Below, piece after piece: positions 1-9,609 of a stretch of 64,000 bases of DNA. Made by a program: the position numbers and the translations under genes. Source of the stretch: a virus. Lineage: Duplodnaviria; Caudoviricetes. The notes below the pieces were generated by a model. It saw only the letters and a list, made by a program, of their open reading frames with translations. It was not told the origin of the DNA and did not search any database. Where the stretch lies: positions 1 to 64,000 of the IMG/VR virus record IMGVR_UViG_3300014969_000017; one strand, 5' to 3'. The first letter of the stretch is position 1. The number at the start of each line of letters is the position of its first letter.

Positions 1-390
1 CAGCCGCCAGTACCGGAACGTCTTGTTCACCACAATCCAGAGGTTCGTCGTGAAGCGGTCGAGCCGACGCTCCGGCACCGTGAAGGGGAACGAGTAACTG
101 GGCGAGGTCCAGTTGTCCGTCGCATTGCCGGAGAGATACACCTTCAGGCCGGGGTCGAAGTTGTGGTTGATGATGCCGACGATCCCCATGTGCTGGGCGA
201 TGGCGAGGTCGCACAGCCACGCGCAGTTACTGCGCTCCAGCAGCTTCGCGGGTTGCTCGGGTCGTCCGTTCACGAGGTTCGCCACCTTGTAGGCCGGGTC
301 TTCCGTGCCTGCGCTGACGGAGAACGTGCCCAGCGCGGTCGTGGACCCGTCGAACCGATCCGTCGGCCTCGTATACAGAAATGTGGACAT
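1..390 (-). CDS. Tail protein downstream of tape measure (partial, runs off window)
   Basis: ATG at 390 overlaps the TMP stop (TGATG). Open frame MSTFLYTRPTDRFDG...IVVNKTFRYWRL continues to position 1. Position is typical of a distal tail protein. Confidence 0.65.
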   Translation of the reverse strand, partial: MSTFLYTRPTDRFDGSTTALGTFSVSAGTEDPAYKVANLVNGRPEQPAKLLERSNCAWLCDLAIAQHMGIVGIINHNFDPGLKVYLSGNATDNWTSPSYSFPFTVPERRLDRFTTNLWIVVNKTFRYWRL

Positions 391-3300
391 CAGCGCAGCA
401 CTCCCTGAATGTCGCTCAGGTTGCGTCCGCCCTTGCGGAGGATTTTCGAGATGGCCGGGAGCATCTTCTTCTCGACGGCTTCTTCCATCCCCTGCGTGTC
501 AATGGTGCTGATCGCGACGTTCAGGGAGATCATGTCCTGCTGCGCCTTCGCCTCCGCCGCAGCGGCAATCGCCGCGTCTCCGCTCATTTGCCCGGCGTAG
601 GCAATGCCGTCGGTCGATCCGATGGACGCGTCAATCGCATCGCGCACCGCACCAGCCGCGCCGACGCTGACCTTCTGCCAGTCACGGAACGCCTGCATCG
701 ACTGGGCGAGCTTGAGCGGGATTTCCTTGATGCCGCCGGGCGAGGAGCCGAATGACACCGCATCGACAGCGGCCTGCGCGTCCGTCGCCGCGTCCACGGC
801 TTCCTGTGACCAGCCGCTCCAGTCGGTATCCGACAGCGCGGAATCCACGCCGTTGATCGCGGCCTCGACGTGATCGACGGACTTCGTCGTCGCCTGCGCG
901 GCCACCGCTGCCGCATCTTTGAACTTCGTGAACGCGGCAGGGATGTCACCGCCCAAGGCTTTGATGATGGCGCTGAAGCCCTCCATCATCACCTCGTTGG
1001 TGGACATCGACTCCTTCTTCAGGACGCCGGTCTGCTCGGCCTGATTGATCAGGAGTTGCGTGTTCTCGTCAATGGGCAACCCGAGATCCTTGTGCGCCTG
1101 CCGCACGTTCTCCAGATAGCCCTTCATCTGCTGAAGCGCCTGCGTCTCGGTGAACCCAGCCTCGACCAGCTTCCCGAACGTCTCCTCGCCCTGCGCCTGA
1201 AGGTCGGCCATCGTATCGACGTTCAACGCGCCGATATTCGACATTGCCATCGTGACTTCGTTCAGCGATGACGCCGAGGCCACCAGTTCGGGATAGGTCT
1301 TCGCGAGTTGGCGGATGCCGAGGAGTTCGTTGATCGCCGCGCCACCTTCGCGTCCCAGCTTGGTGTTCGCATCGCTCAACTGGTCGAGCGCCGGACCCAT
1401 CTGTTCAAGCGCGTCGAGATACGGCACGCCAGCGGCGACGGCGGCGTTGAACCCGGCGAGCGTCAGGCGCTCGAACCGGTTCATCTGATCGCCAGCGCCC
1501 TTGATGTCTCCAGCCATCTGCTGAAGCACCATCCGCGAGTCGGCGTCGATCTCTTTCCCAGAGGCTTGCGCGTCGGAGAGTGTCTTTCGCGCCGCCGCCA
1601 TGTCGTTGATCTGCTTCGACAGGGGCGCGAATAGACCAGAGAGGCCAGCGGCCAGCCGCTGGTTCTGGCTGCTAACGAACCCAACGATCTCCTCGGACTT
1701 CGCAGCGGAGTTGGCGTTCAGCGTGAGGAGTTCTTGGAAACTCTTGGAGGCGACCTTGTTGCTCTTGATGATGTAATCCGCAAACGCACCGAAGTTCTTT
1801 TCCAGCGTCTCGCGACCCTGCTCGGCGGAGAACTTGCCCGTCTCCACCATCGAGAACACGTCGCGCAGCTTGCCGGTGAACTTGTCGATGTTGCCGGACT
1901 TCAGCCCACCCGCCTCGCCAATGATCGCGTCGAGGTTGAACAGTGCGCCTGCGCCCCGGTCGCCCTTGAATTTCTCCTTCGCGGACTTCTCGACCTCTTT
2001 CGCCAGTTCGTCGGTGATCTCGGTGCCGAAGTCGCGGCCGACATCCTTCGCCGCCTTGACCCAACCGGACTTCCGGAGCGCCCCGACAATCGCACCCACT
2101 CCTGCACCGATGGCCGTGCCCCACGGACCCGCAATCGATCCGATCTGGGCACCCGCCATCGCGCCGCCCATCGCACGCTGTCCGGCTCCGCGCTTGTCGG
2201 TCCCGGCCATGAAGGCTTGCACGCCGCCAGCAACCTGCGCGGCCATCGCCATGCCGCCAGCCATCTTGCCGCCGAGTTTGCTGTCCGCGCCGAGGAACTT
2301 GCCGCCGAACGAGGTGCCTTCTTTCCGGCCGAGAAGCTGATTCATCGACTGCCCGGCGATACCCGCCTGCGAGAAGATGCTGCCCACGCCTTTCATCGCG
2401 CCGCCGAAGGAGCCGCCGGTTACATTCGCCAACTGCTCGAACGACCCCGCCATCGACTTCGTCGCCTGACCCCACGTGGACGCGTATTGCCCGGCATTGG
2501 CCTTGGCGTCCGTGACGGCCTTCTTCTGCTTGTCAATGGCTTCTTGCGTGGCGTTCCCGGCATCCATGATGCGTTTGAGTTCCGTCTCCTGCTTCTTGAC
2601 CTCTGCGCTCGCTTCCTCCTGCGTCTGGTAGCCACGAGCTTTGGTAATGTCACCAGAGACGGCGTCGATTTGCGCTTGCGGAACGCCTGCTCTCGCCAAT
2701 CGCTCCCGCTTGGCCTCCAAGAACGCGATCCGCATCGCCTCGCGCTTCTTCTCATCGACTTCCGCTGTCAGCACCGCGAGGTCGTACTCGTCCTGCGCCA
2801 GTTCAATCGCCTCGCGCGTGGCGTCGTTCTGGTTCAGCGTGGCCGTGAGCGTCTCGCCTTTGAGCCGGACTTCCTCGTTCAGGTAATGCTGGGACGCGAC
2901 GAAGTACACGCCCTTCGACTGAGCAAGAGCTTTCTCGGCGGCGAGGAGCTTGCGCTGCCGTTCATCGTCCGTCTGGTTCTGGTCGTGAACGGCCTTCTCG
3001 TACACCTCCGCGAGGTGTTTGGCTTTCTGCTCGCGACCCTTGTAGGTAACGTCGTCGCCTTCCTCGATCAGCCGTGCGGTTTCCTCTTGAAACCGCTTCT
3101 CGACTTCAACGAGGACTTCCTTGTTATCAATCGCCTGCTTCTTCCGACGTTCCCACTCAATGGCCCGGAGCGCCTGCACCTGATCGATGCCGACCTTCGT
3201 TGCCTTGATTTCGTACTCGGCCTGTTGACGCACGCCCTCGGCGTGGGCCTCGGCTTCACGCTTGGCAATGTCCGCCGTTAGCTGCTCGCGTTCGAGTGCG

Positions 3301-5657
3301 GCACCGTTCCGGATTCGCGTGAGTTCCTCTTGTAATCCCGTCTCGTTCGTGAGGGTCAGCGCCGCAATGCGTTCGGCTTCCGCTTGACGCGCACCGATCA
3401 GCGCCAGTTCCTTGACCGTGCCCTCCGTGGTCATCTCGATCCGGGCTTGCTGGATCTTGGCTTGTTGCTGAAGATCGTCCTCGGCGGACTTCCTGCGCGA
3501 GTCGCGCAGGAGGTTCTCAGACGCGAGTTGCGCTTTCTGGTTGGCCTCTTGGGTCTTCAGGGCGAGGGTGGCCGGATCGTTCGCGGCTTTCGCGGCCTCG
3601 ATCTCGGCATCGCGCCGGATCTTGATGATCGACAGTTGCGCGGCGAGTCCCTGCTGACTCGCGTTGACTTCAGCAATCCGTTGATCGGTCGCGAGTTGAA
3701 TGCGAGTCTGCGTGGCCGACTGCGCTGCCGACGTGAGGATCTTCTGTTGATCGACTTGGAACTGCGTCTCCGCCTGTGCGGATTCTCTTTCTCGGCTCTC
3801 TGTCGTGCCCCCTTTGTCCTTGATCGACAGGAGCTTCGCGTCACGCGCGGCCTTGGCGTCCGCGAGCGCCTTACTGGTGCCGGTCAGGCCCATGCTGGCG
3901 CGGTCGGCGGCGATTTTCTGTTCAAACTCCGCTTGCTGCGACTCAGCGGCGATGAGCGCCTTGAGTCCCTTGAGTTCGTCAGCCGTAACCCTCGACCGCT
4001 CCAGCGCCGACAGAATCATCTCGTCGCTGGCGTTGGTGTTCAGCACCATCGCGCGGACTTGCTCTTTCAACGCATCGTTGAACTGGCCCATCTTCACGGT
4101 GCCAGCGTCCGTCGTCTCCGCCACGCGCTTGGACTTCGCGATCATGTCCTCTTGGGCATCTGCGCCGAGAGTCAGTTCGCGGTTGTGTTGCTTCTGCACC
4201 TCCGCGTTGTGCAGCGTGACTTGCGCCATGCTGGACCCCGGCTCCAAGCCGGACTCGATGGCCTTGTTGTATTCCGTGACGGCGTTCTTGTATTCCTCGC
4301 TGCTCCGGATGCCCTTGACCTCCGCGTTGAGTCGCGCGGCCAGCAGCACGTCCCCCTTGGTCAGCGCCTCCTGATATTCCTTCTCCTTCTGAACGAGGTC
4401 GGCTTCGACCTGAACGATGCTCTTACCCGCATCCATCTGGGCCTTGGCGCTTTTCGCTGCCGCCTCGCCCACGTTGTCGTAATGCTTCTTGATGCCCCAC
4501 AGCGCCACGCCCAACGCGATCAGCCCGGCGATGATGGCGAGGACTGGGTTCGCGTACATCGCGGCCGTCAGCGCCTCGACCGCCGCCGTCACGCCACCGG
4601 TCGCGATTGCCAAGATGCCTTGCATGGCGGCATACGCCTTCGCACCGAGGCTCGCCTCCGCCTGCACTGCCGCTAAGGCTTGCGTGGCTCCCGTCTGCAA
4701 CAGGATTTTGGCGATCAATTCGGTGGTCTTGCCTTTGGCGTAATCGAGCGCCTTCGACCAGCCCCCCAGCTTGTCGATGATCTGGGGAAGCATGTTGAGG
4801 AAGACGTTGCCTGCGGCCTTCCCCACATCGAGGACGGCGTCCCCGATCACCAGCAACGCACCGCCAACTTGTGGCGCGAGGTCGAGTACGTCCGTGAGCG
4901 GCCCGAGGAGAGACGCCCCGATCTCGTTCCGGGTCGCCTCCATCATCTTGTTGATGCGGTCGAGGGAGTCGCCGTACCGGTCGGCCGCGTGCGCCGTGTC
5001 CTCCGACATGACGAGGCCGAGTTTCTTGGCCTCGGCCATCAGCGAGTCGATGTCCTCCGTCGCCAAGTTGGACATCTGCCGGAACTTCGGTCCCAGCAAC
5101 TCGACGCCCTTGCGGGTGCGCTCACCCGCGTCGTCAATGCCCTTCAGCCCCTTCATGATGCGAACGAACTGTTCGTCGGGCGTGGCGGCTTGCAGTTCCT
5201 CGAACGAGATGCCGAGATCCGTGATGGTGTTGACGGTCTTGGCGTTGCCCTCCGCGATCTCCTTCGACATCTGCTGAACCGTGCGGCCCAGCAACTCGAA
5301 TGACACGCCTGCCTGCGAGGCAACGAACCGCAACCCGGAGAGGCTCTCGACGGTAAGGCCCGTGCGCTGACTCATAGCGAGCAGCGAGTCGCCCAGTTCC
5401 GCGACGTGGCCCACCATGTCGGGAATCTTCTCGACCAGCCCCAGCGCCGCTTCCTTCGCCGCGTCGAACGACTTCGCCATCTGCACGCCGAAGAACGTGC
5501 TCAGCGACTCGGAGTCCTTCTTCGCCTTGCTCGACGTATTCCCGATGGCCGCAATCGCTTTGTTGGTCGCGTCGAGTTTCTCGACCATGCCCTCCAGCGC
5601 CTTGACGGCACTGGCGACATCCGCTGCGATTTTGATGAGTACGTCGTTGTCGGCCAT
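390..5657 (-). CDS. Tail tape measure protein
   Basis: 1755 aa, Ala/Glu/Lys-rich coiled coil with hydrophobic segments; follows the tail chaperone genes. Confidence 0.92.
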   Translation of the reverse strand: MADNDVLIKIAADVASAVKALEGMVEKLDATNKAIAAIGNTSSKAKKDSESLSTFFGVQMAKSFDAAKEAALGLVEKIPDMVGHVAELGDSLLAMSQRTGLTVESLSGLRFVASQAGVSFELLGRTVQQMSKEIAEGNAKTVNTITDLGISFEELQAATPDEQFVRIMKGLKGIDDAGERTRKGVELLGPKFRQMSNLATEDIDSLMAEAKKLGLVMSEDTAHAADRYGDSLDRINKMMEATRNEIGASLLGPLTDVLDLAPQVGGALLVIGDAVLDVGKAAGNVFLNMLPQIIDKLGGWSKALDYAKGKTTELIAKILLQTGATQALAAVQAEASLGAKAYAAMQGILAIATGGVTAAVEALTAAMYANPVLAIIAGLIALGVALWGIKKHYDNVGEAAAKSAKAQMDAGKSIVQVEADLVQKEKEYQEALTKGDVLLAARLNAEVKGIRSSEEYKNAVTEYNKAIESGLEPGSSMAQVTLHNAEVQKQHNRELTLGADAQEDMIAKSKRVAETTDAGTVKMGQFNDALKEQVRAMVLNTNASDEMILSALERSRVTADELKGLKALIAAESQQAEFEQKIAADRASMGLTGTSKALADAKAARDAKLLSIKDKGGTTESRERESAQAETQFQVDQQKILTSAAQSATQTRIQLATDQRIAEVNASQQGLAAQLSIIKIRRDAEIEAAKAANDPATLALKTQEANQKAQLASENLLRDSRRKSAEDDLQQQAKIQQARIEMTTEGTVKELALIGARQAEAERIAALTLTNETGLQEELTRIRNGAALEREQLTADIAKREAEAHAEGVRQQAEYEIKATKVGIDQVQALRAIEWERRKKQAIDNKEVLVEVEKRFQEETARLIEEGDDVTYKGREQKAKHLAEVYEKAVHDQNQTDDERQRKLLAAEKALAQSKGVYFVASQHYLNEEVRLKGETLTATLNQNDATREAIELAQDEYDLAVLTAEVDEKKREAMRIAFLEAKRERLARAGVPQAQIDAVSGDITKARGYQTQEEASAEVKKQETELKRIMDAGNATQEAIDKQKKAVTDAKANAGQYASTWGQATKSMAGSFEQLANVTGGSFGGAMKGVGSIFSQAGIAGQSMNQLLGRKEGTSFGGKFLGADSKLGGKMAGGMAMAAQVAGGVQAFMAGTDKRGAGQRAMGGAMAGAQIGSIAGPWGTAIGAGVGAIVGALRKSGWVKAAKDVGRDFGTEITDELAKEVEKSAKEKFKGDRGAGALFNLDAIIGEAGGLKSGNIDKFTGKLRDVFSMVETGKFSAEQGRETLEKNFGAFADYIIKSNKVASKSFQELLTLNANSAAKSEEIVGFVSSQNQRLAAGLSGLFAPLSKQINDMAAARKTLSDAQASGKEIDADSRMVLQQMAGDIKGAGDQMNRFERLTLAGFNAAVAAGVPYLDALEQMGPALDQLSDANTKLGREGGAAINELLGIRQLAKTYPELVASASSLNEVTMAMSNIGALNVDTMADLQAQGEETFGKLVEAGFTETQALQQMKGYLENVRQAHKDLGLPIDENTQLLINQAEQTGVLKKESMSTNEVMMEGFSAIIKALGGDIPAAFTKFKDAAAVAAQATTKSVDHVEAAINGVDSALSDTDWSGWSQEAVDAATDAQAAVDAVSFGSSPGGIKEIPLKLAQSMQAFRDWQKVSVGAAGAVRDAIDASIGSTDGIAYAGQMSGDAAIAAAAEAKAQQDMISLNVAISTIDTQGMEEAVEKKMLPAISKILRKGGRNLSDIQGVLR

Positions 5658-5669
5658 CAGCGCACACCC

Positions 5670-5924
5670 TTACCCCACGCCGAAGCGGCGTCGAGTCACC
5701 TTCGTCCCGCTATGTTGTTCGTCGTAGGCTTCGCGTGCCTTCAATTCCGCGTCGAGTCCCAGTGACATGCACGCGGCGTCGAAGTCGAACGCCATCGCCC
5801 GTTCAGAGGCGGACGAATTCGTCGATGTCGGGTCGGATTGGAACCACCACCGGCTTGGCGGCTGGTTGTACTGCTTCCCCATCTGGTAACACAGGAGCAT
5901 CAGGGGTGCTTGCGCCTGTACGAA
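5670..5924 (-). CDS. Tail assembly chaperone extension (gpT-like, +1 frame of upstream gene)
   Basis: Frame is open from the TTT CGT site (5920-5925): FVQAQAPLMLLCYQMGKQYNQPPSRWW...AFDFDAACMSLG. Lies between the chaperone and TMP. Confidence 0.6.
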   Translation of the reverse strand, partial: FVQAQAPLMLLCYQMGKQYNQPPSRWWFQSDPTSTNSSASERAMAFDFDAACMSLGLDAELKAREAYDEQHSGTKVTRRRFGVG

Positions 5925-6327
5925 AGTCCGCCGCCGTCTGCGCCGTCATCAACGGCACAACGGCAGTCTCGCTCCAGATGTGAATCAGTTGCGTGAGCGT
6001 GAGCAGGCCGACCGGGAGGTGATCGGGGTTGCCGTCGTCTTCCAGCACGAGCACCGGCTGGAGCACGACCTTGATCGCGTGCTCGCGCACGACATCGACC
6101 AGTTCGCGGGAGTGCGCTTCACCCAGTGCGGCGAGGCGTTCGGTGGGGGACGCGCCCGGCATCTCGATCATCTTCTGGACCGCGACGAGCAGCGGCATCG
6201 GGATGCGGCCTTCAAAGACCATGACCGTCATGTCCTCGCGGCGTGCGAGCACGTGCTGGCCTTGGCCCATGTCGATTTCAACGACGTGGCGCTCGCGCAT
6301 CGCGCGAGGATTCATGAGTGTAGACAT
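5803..6327 (-). CDS. Tail assembly chaperone (gpG-like)
   Basis: 174 aa, positioned between major tail protein and TMP; overlaps a second frame. Confidence 0.65.
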   Translation of the reverse strand: MSTLMNPRAMRERHVVEIDMGQGQHVLARREDMTVMVFEGRIPMPLLVAVQKMIEMPGASPTERLAALGEAHSRELVDVVREHAIKVVLQPVLVLEDDGNPDHLPVGLLTLTQLIHIWSETAVVPLMTAQTAADFRTGASTPDAPVLPDGEAVQPAAKPVVVPIRPDIDEFVRL

Positions 6328-6356
6328 GGCGGAGATTCTCAGCCGGGCGAGCGCGA

Positions 6357-6384
6357 CCGGAAACGCCCCTCGGGCTTTCCGGTG
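6357..6384. terminator. Hairpin ACCGGAAAcGCCC-ctc-GGGCTTTCCGGT
   Basis: Inverted repeat directly after the stop of 6385-6999. Confidence 0.45.
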
Positions 6385-6999
6385 TCAGGCGTAGACGAGG
6401 TCGGCCACCGAGGTCGCCATCCGCAACCGGCGGAGCGCCAGCCCGGTTTCCCACGAGGCGAACGTCAGGACCACGTCCCGCTTGCGGAGCGCCTTCCGCC
6501 GCACCAGCGCCCGTACCGCGCGTCGGTGCGCGGCCGATACCCGGAAGTGCCCCTCCGCCCTTTGGAGCAGCAGGGTGGCGAGCGTGGCCCGTTCCTGCCC
6601 CCACAGCGCGTCGGTCACGGATCGCCAGCGTGCAACCGACGCCGCCGCCCGGCCCAGCGCCTCCGCCGTCAGCGGCGGCTCCCGGTGTCGTCCGACTTTT
6701 GGGCGAGTGCCATTCAGCACGTGCATCAACGCACGCCAGCCTCGGAGCGCCAGCGCCCGGTCCTTCGGAGGTCCGGCCGAGAACCGGGCCGACGCGTTCA
6801 GGTACCGCTTCGCCCAGAGCGCCCCGTTCAGCACGTCGGCCGCGAGATACCCGTCGGTAGGATGCACTTCAAGGAACGCCACCGCGTCGGCGTAGCGCGT
6901 GAGCCGGGTCAGGTGCGCCACAAGGGTCGCGTGCGCCGGGTCGGTCGCGTAATCGACCGGGACCGCGAGCGGCACGCCGCCGCGAAAGATGTAGGCCAC
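6385..6999 (-). CDS. Hypothetical protein
   Basis: 204 aa ORF filling the gap between the tail chaperone and the plus-strand island; no motif recognised. Confidence 0.5.
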   Translation of the reverse strand: MAYIFRGGVPLAVPVDYATDPAHATLVAHLTRLTRYADAVAFLEVHPTDGYLAADVLNGALWAKRYLNASARFSAGPPKDRALALRGWRALMHVLNGTRPKVGRHREPPLTAEALGRAAASVARWRSVTDALWGQERATLATLLLQRAEGHFRVSAAHRRAVRALVRRKALRKRDVVLTFASWETGLALRRLRMATSVADLVYA

Positions 7000-7090
7000 G
7001 AAGTCGAGATTGTAGCTGTGCTTGTCACGAGCGACGGTTATCGTGCAAAGTCGCCCTCGTGGTGTTAGCGTTCACGGGTTGGAGGGTCCA

Positions 7091-7240
7091 GTGGCAGTAC
7101 TTCGACTGATCCTGCTCGTCTTCGCACTGGTGTGTTTCGTCCTCGCCGCGTTTCCACCGCAGACCCAACCGTACCATTCACGTCTGGTAGCAGCGGGGTT
7201 GGCGTTCCTGACCGCCTCGATGATTCCGTGGCCCACGTAA
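7091..7240 (+). CDS. Small two-helix membrane protein
   Basis: GGAGG RBS at 7081 then GTG; MAVLRLILLVFALVCFVLAAFPP...LVAAGLAFLTASMIPWPT. Confidence 0.65.
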   Translation: MAVLRLILLVFALVCFVLAAFPPQTQPYHSRLVAAGLAFLTASMIPWPT

Positions 7241-7250
7241 GGACACCATC

Positions 7251-7412
7251 ATGACCACGCTGTTGATCATCCTGATCGTGCTGATTCTGCTCGGCGGCGG
7301 CGGCTACGGGTACCGGTCCAACTGGGGTGGTCCGCAGTACGGCGGGTTGCTCGGATTGGTCATCGTGATTCTGTTGATTCTGGTCCTGACCGGCAACCTG
7401 CACCTCCGCTGA
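7251..7412 (+). CDS. Small membrane protein, DUF3309-like (not in ORF track)
   Basis: AAGGA RBS; 53 aa MTTLLIILIVLILLGGGGYGYRSNWGGPQYGGLLGLVIVILLILVLTGNLHLR (TM, Gly loop, TM). Confidence 0.7.
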   Translation: MTTLLIILIVLILLGGGGYGYRSNWGGPQYGGLLGLVIVILLILVLTGNLHLR

Positions 7413-7460
7413 ACCCCGCGCCAACCCTTCGCTGTTTTGTTTTAAGGAGATCCAAAGACC

Positions 7461-7925
7461 ATGTCACGACTCGCGATTATCACGTTCATCACCCCGCAGG
7501 GTGTGGACATCGACAACGGGTTGCCCAGTGCGCCCGTGTACCCCGGCAACGCGCTGCCCGGTGGACCTGTAGACCCCGGTTACGGCCGACCGGGCGGTGG
7601 ATGGAGTCCGGTCGATCCGGGCTTCGGCGGTGGACGCCCGGTGCGTCCCGACAACGGTCTGCCGGTCGGCCCTCCGGGATCCATCGGTACGCTGCCGGTG
7701 TTCCCGTTCGATCCGACCGCACCGGGAATCGACAACACGCTGCCCGGTAGCGGCGGCGGACAGATCGACAACACGCTGCCCGGTGGCGTGATTCACCCCG
7801 GCATGAAGTTCGTCGTGAAGTGGCTCGCGTGTCAGGGGCTGATCCTCGTGCCCGACAACACGCTGCCGACCACGCCGCCGCCGACCGGTGGGACGCTGCC
7901 CGGCACGACGCCCGAACCGAAGTAG
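7461..7925 (+). CDS. Pro/Gly-rich repeat protein ([IP]DN[GT]LP repeats)
   Basis: AAGGAGA RBS at 7444; 154 aa with five DNxLP repeats. Confidence 0.75.
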   Translation: MSRLAIITFITPQGVDIDNGLPSAPVYPGNALPGGPVDPGYGRPGGGWSPVDPGFGGGRPVRPDNGLPVGPPGSIGTLPVFPFDPTAPGIDNTLPGSGGGQIDNTLPGGVIHPGMKFVVKWLACQGLILVPDNTLPTTPPPTGGTLPGTTPEPK

Positions 7926-7938
7926 TCCGTACGCAACG

Positions 7939-7967
7939 CGACCCGGCTGGGTATACCAGTCGGGTCG
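7939..7967. terminator. Hairpin between convergent genes
   Basis: CGACCCGGCTGG-gtata-CCAGTCGGGTCG inverted repeat. Confidence 0.55.
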
Positions 7968-8048
7968 TTCAGTTCCCGCCCTGCACGAGCGCCGCGAGCA
8001 CGCGCCACGCCCATCGCGCAGCACGCTGAAGCCAGCGCACCCTACCCC

Positions 8049-8246
8049 TTATGACCGGGTCCAGCCGACTGGCGTCACGCCGCGCACCCACTTCGGGAGG
8101 CCGACGTAGACCTCCGACCCGTGCCCCACCTTCGCCGTGACGATGTCGCCAGCCGCTGCCGTGACCACTGCCGGACGCACTCGGTACGTGCCGCCGATGA
8201 TCGGGCCGCGCACCGTCACCAAGTCTCCGATACGCGGCACGTACAT
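8049..8246 (-). CDS. Small hypothetical protein
   Basis: MYVPRIGDLVTVRGP..., starts 2 nt after the upstream stop. Confidence 0.55.
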   Translation of the reverse strand: MYVPRIGDLVTVRGPIIGGTYRVRPAVVTAAAGDIVTAKVGHGSEVYVGLPKWVRGVTPVGWTRS

Positions 8247-8248
8247 GA

Positions 8249-8608
8249 CTACGCGACCGTGACCGCGTTCTTGCTGAGAGCGTTCCACTTCCCGCCGCCG
8301 GAGACAAGCTCGATGCTCGCACCGGGGAAGGCCGCGAACGTCGCGGTGTTCTTCGACGCCGCCGCCGTGCCGTCATCGATCAAGCCCGTCGCCGTCAACA
8401 CGTGCGCGAACGCGGTGCGGTTCACCACGGTGAGGCGCAGGTTGTCCGCTTGCGGCGCGGCCACCGTGAACGCACCCACGCTGGTCTTCGCGAGCGAGTG
8501 GACGCCGGAGAGTTGCTGCAACGGCCCATCGGCCGTGTAGCGGATCGCCGCACCCGAGATCCCCTCGGGGAACAGGTGCCGACCGCGCTGCTTGCTGGTG
8601 ATGCCCAT
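8249..8608 (-). CDS. Putative virion decoration protein (MGITSKQRG N-terminus)
   Basis: GAGGAG RBS; N-terminal motif shared with the two upstream genes; beta-rich. Confidence 0.6.
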   Translation of the reverse strand: MGITSKQRGRHLFPEGISGAAIRYTADGPLQQLSGVHSLAKTSVGAFTVAAPQADNLRLTVVNRTAFAHVLTATGLIDDGTAAASKNTATFAAFPGASIELVSGGGKWNALSKNAVTVA

Positions 8609-8621
8609 TGTCGATGCTCCT

Positions 8622-9047
8622 CTACGGATTGCCGAATTCGTACGTGATGCTGAATTGCACTTGGCACGCGCCAGCGACGAAGTTGGCGTTCGCTTGCAGC
8701 CCGATGCCGACAAGGCCCGGAGTCCCGGTGTTCCCTTTCACAATCGAGGACACGGCCGGAGCACCATTGAGAATCAGCCCCGATCCCATCGCGTACTTTG
8801 ACATCGCGGTCGGGCACTTCACGTACAGGTTCAGACCCGGCGTGCCGCCAATCGTCGTCACGCCTGCATAGAAGTTCCAGATGATGGCGTTGCCGATCCG
8901 GCAGTAGCGGTTGTTGATCAGCGGCGGCGTCAGCGCCCACGTCATCGACCCACTGGCGTAGAAGTTCGCCGGGTCGAACGGCACATCCGTCCAGAGGCCC
9001 AGTCCGGGCAGCAACTGTCCGCCGCGCTGCTTATTGGTAATACCCAT
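8622..9047 (-). CDS. Putative virion fibre/decoration protein, paralog 2
   Basis: MGITNKQRGGQLLPGLGLWTDVPFD...YCRIGN...FSITYE; resembles a fibre C-terminal beta domain. Confidence 0.65.
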   Translation of the reverse strand: MGITNKQRGGQLLPGLGLWTDVPFDPANFYASGSMTWALTPPLINNRYCRIGNAIIWNFYAGVTTIGGTPGLNLYVKCPTAMSKYAMGSGLILNGAPAVSSIVKGNTGTPGLVGIGLQANANFVAGACQVQFSITYEFGNP

Positions 9048-9049
9048 GA

Positions 9050-9484
9050 TTACGACGGGTCCACTTCGTACGAGATAGTGAAATACAGCGTCAGCGACCC
9101 CAACACGAAGGCCGCGCTACTTGGAAGCGACACCGCCCCGTATCCGGGATTCGGTGAATTGGGAGCCATTGACGCGATCCCCGGTACCGGCGGCGCTCCG
9201 TTCAGGACACGGCAATTCCCCGTGGCGTAGCCCTTCGCCTTCGTCGGCGCTTTCAACGTCAACTGCGTGCCGGGCACTCCACTCAGCGTGCTGGAAGCAA
9301 TGACGAGGTTCCACGTCACCGTATTCCCGACGCGGGACATTCGGTTCTGGAGCACTTGCGCTTGCGTCACCGCCCACGTCATGCCGCCTTGGCCGGAGAA
9401 ATTCGCCGCATCGAACGGCACGTCCATCCACGCCCCGAGGCCGGGAAGCAGTTGACCGCCGCGTTGTTTGTTGGTGATGCCCAC
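9050..9484 (-). CDS. Putative virion fibre/decoration protein, paralog 1
   Basis: MGITNKQRGGQLLPGLGAWMDVPFD...SRVGN...FTISYE; clear paralog of 8622-9047; AAGGAG RBS. Confidence 0.65.
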   Translation of the reverse strand: MGITNKQRGGQLLPGLGAWMDVPFDAANFSGQGGMTWAVTQAQVLQNRMSRVGNTVTWNLVIASSTLSGVPGTQLTLKAPTKAKGYATGNCRVLNGAPPVPGIASMAPNSPNPGYGAVSLPSSAAFVLGSLTLYFTISYEVDPS

Positions 9485-9609
9485 GAGGAAGGCTCCTTTA
9501 TCCGGGGCCGCGTCACCCGGAATGACCGATGAGAGTCGGTCTGCTCAGGACCAGTGAAGAAGGCAGGAGACGCCAACCGCCCGGAAAGCGTCTCCCGCCA
9601 CGAACCGAT

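Noticed and set aside
1734-5303. Long plus-strand ORFs antisense to TMP (similar ones at 22527, 27390, 39153)
   Set aside because: Shadow ORFs typical of GC-rich coding DNA; the minus-strand genes carry the motifs and stop/start coupling.
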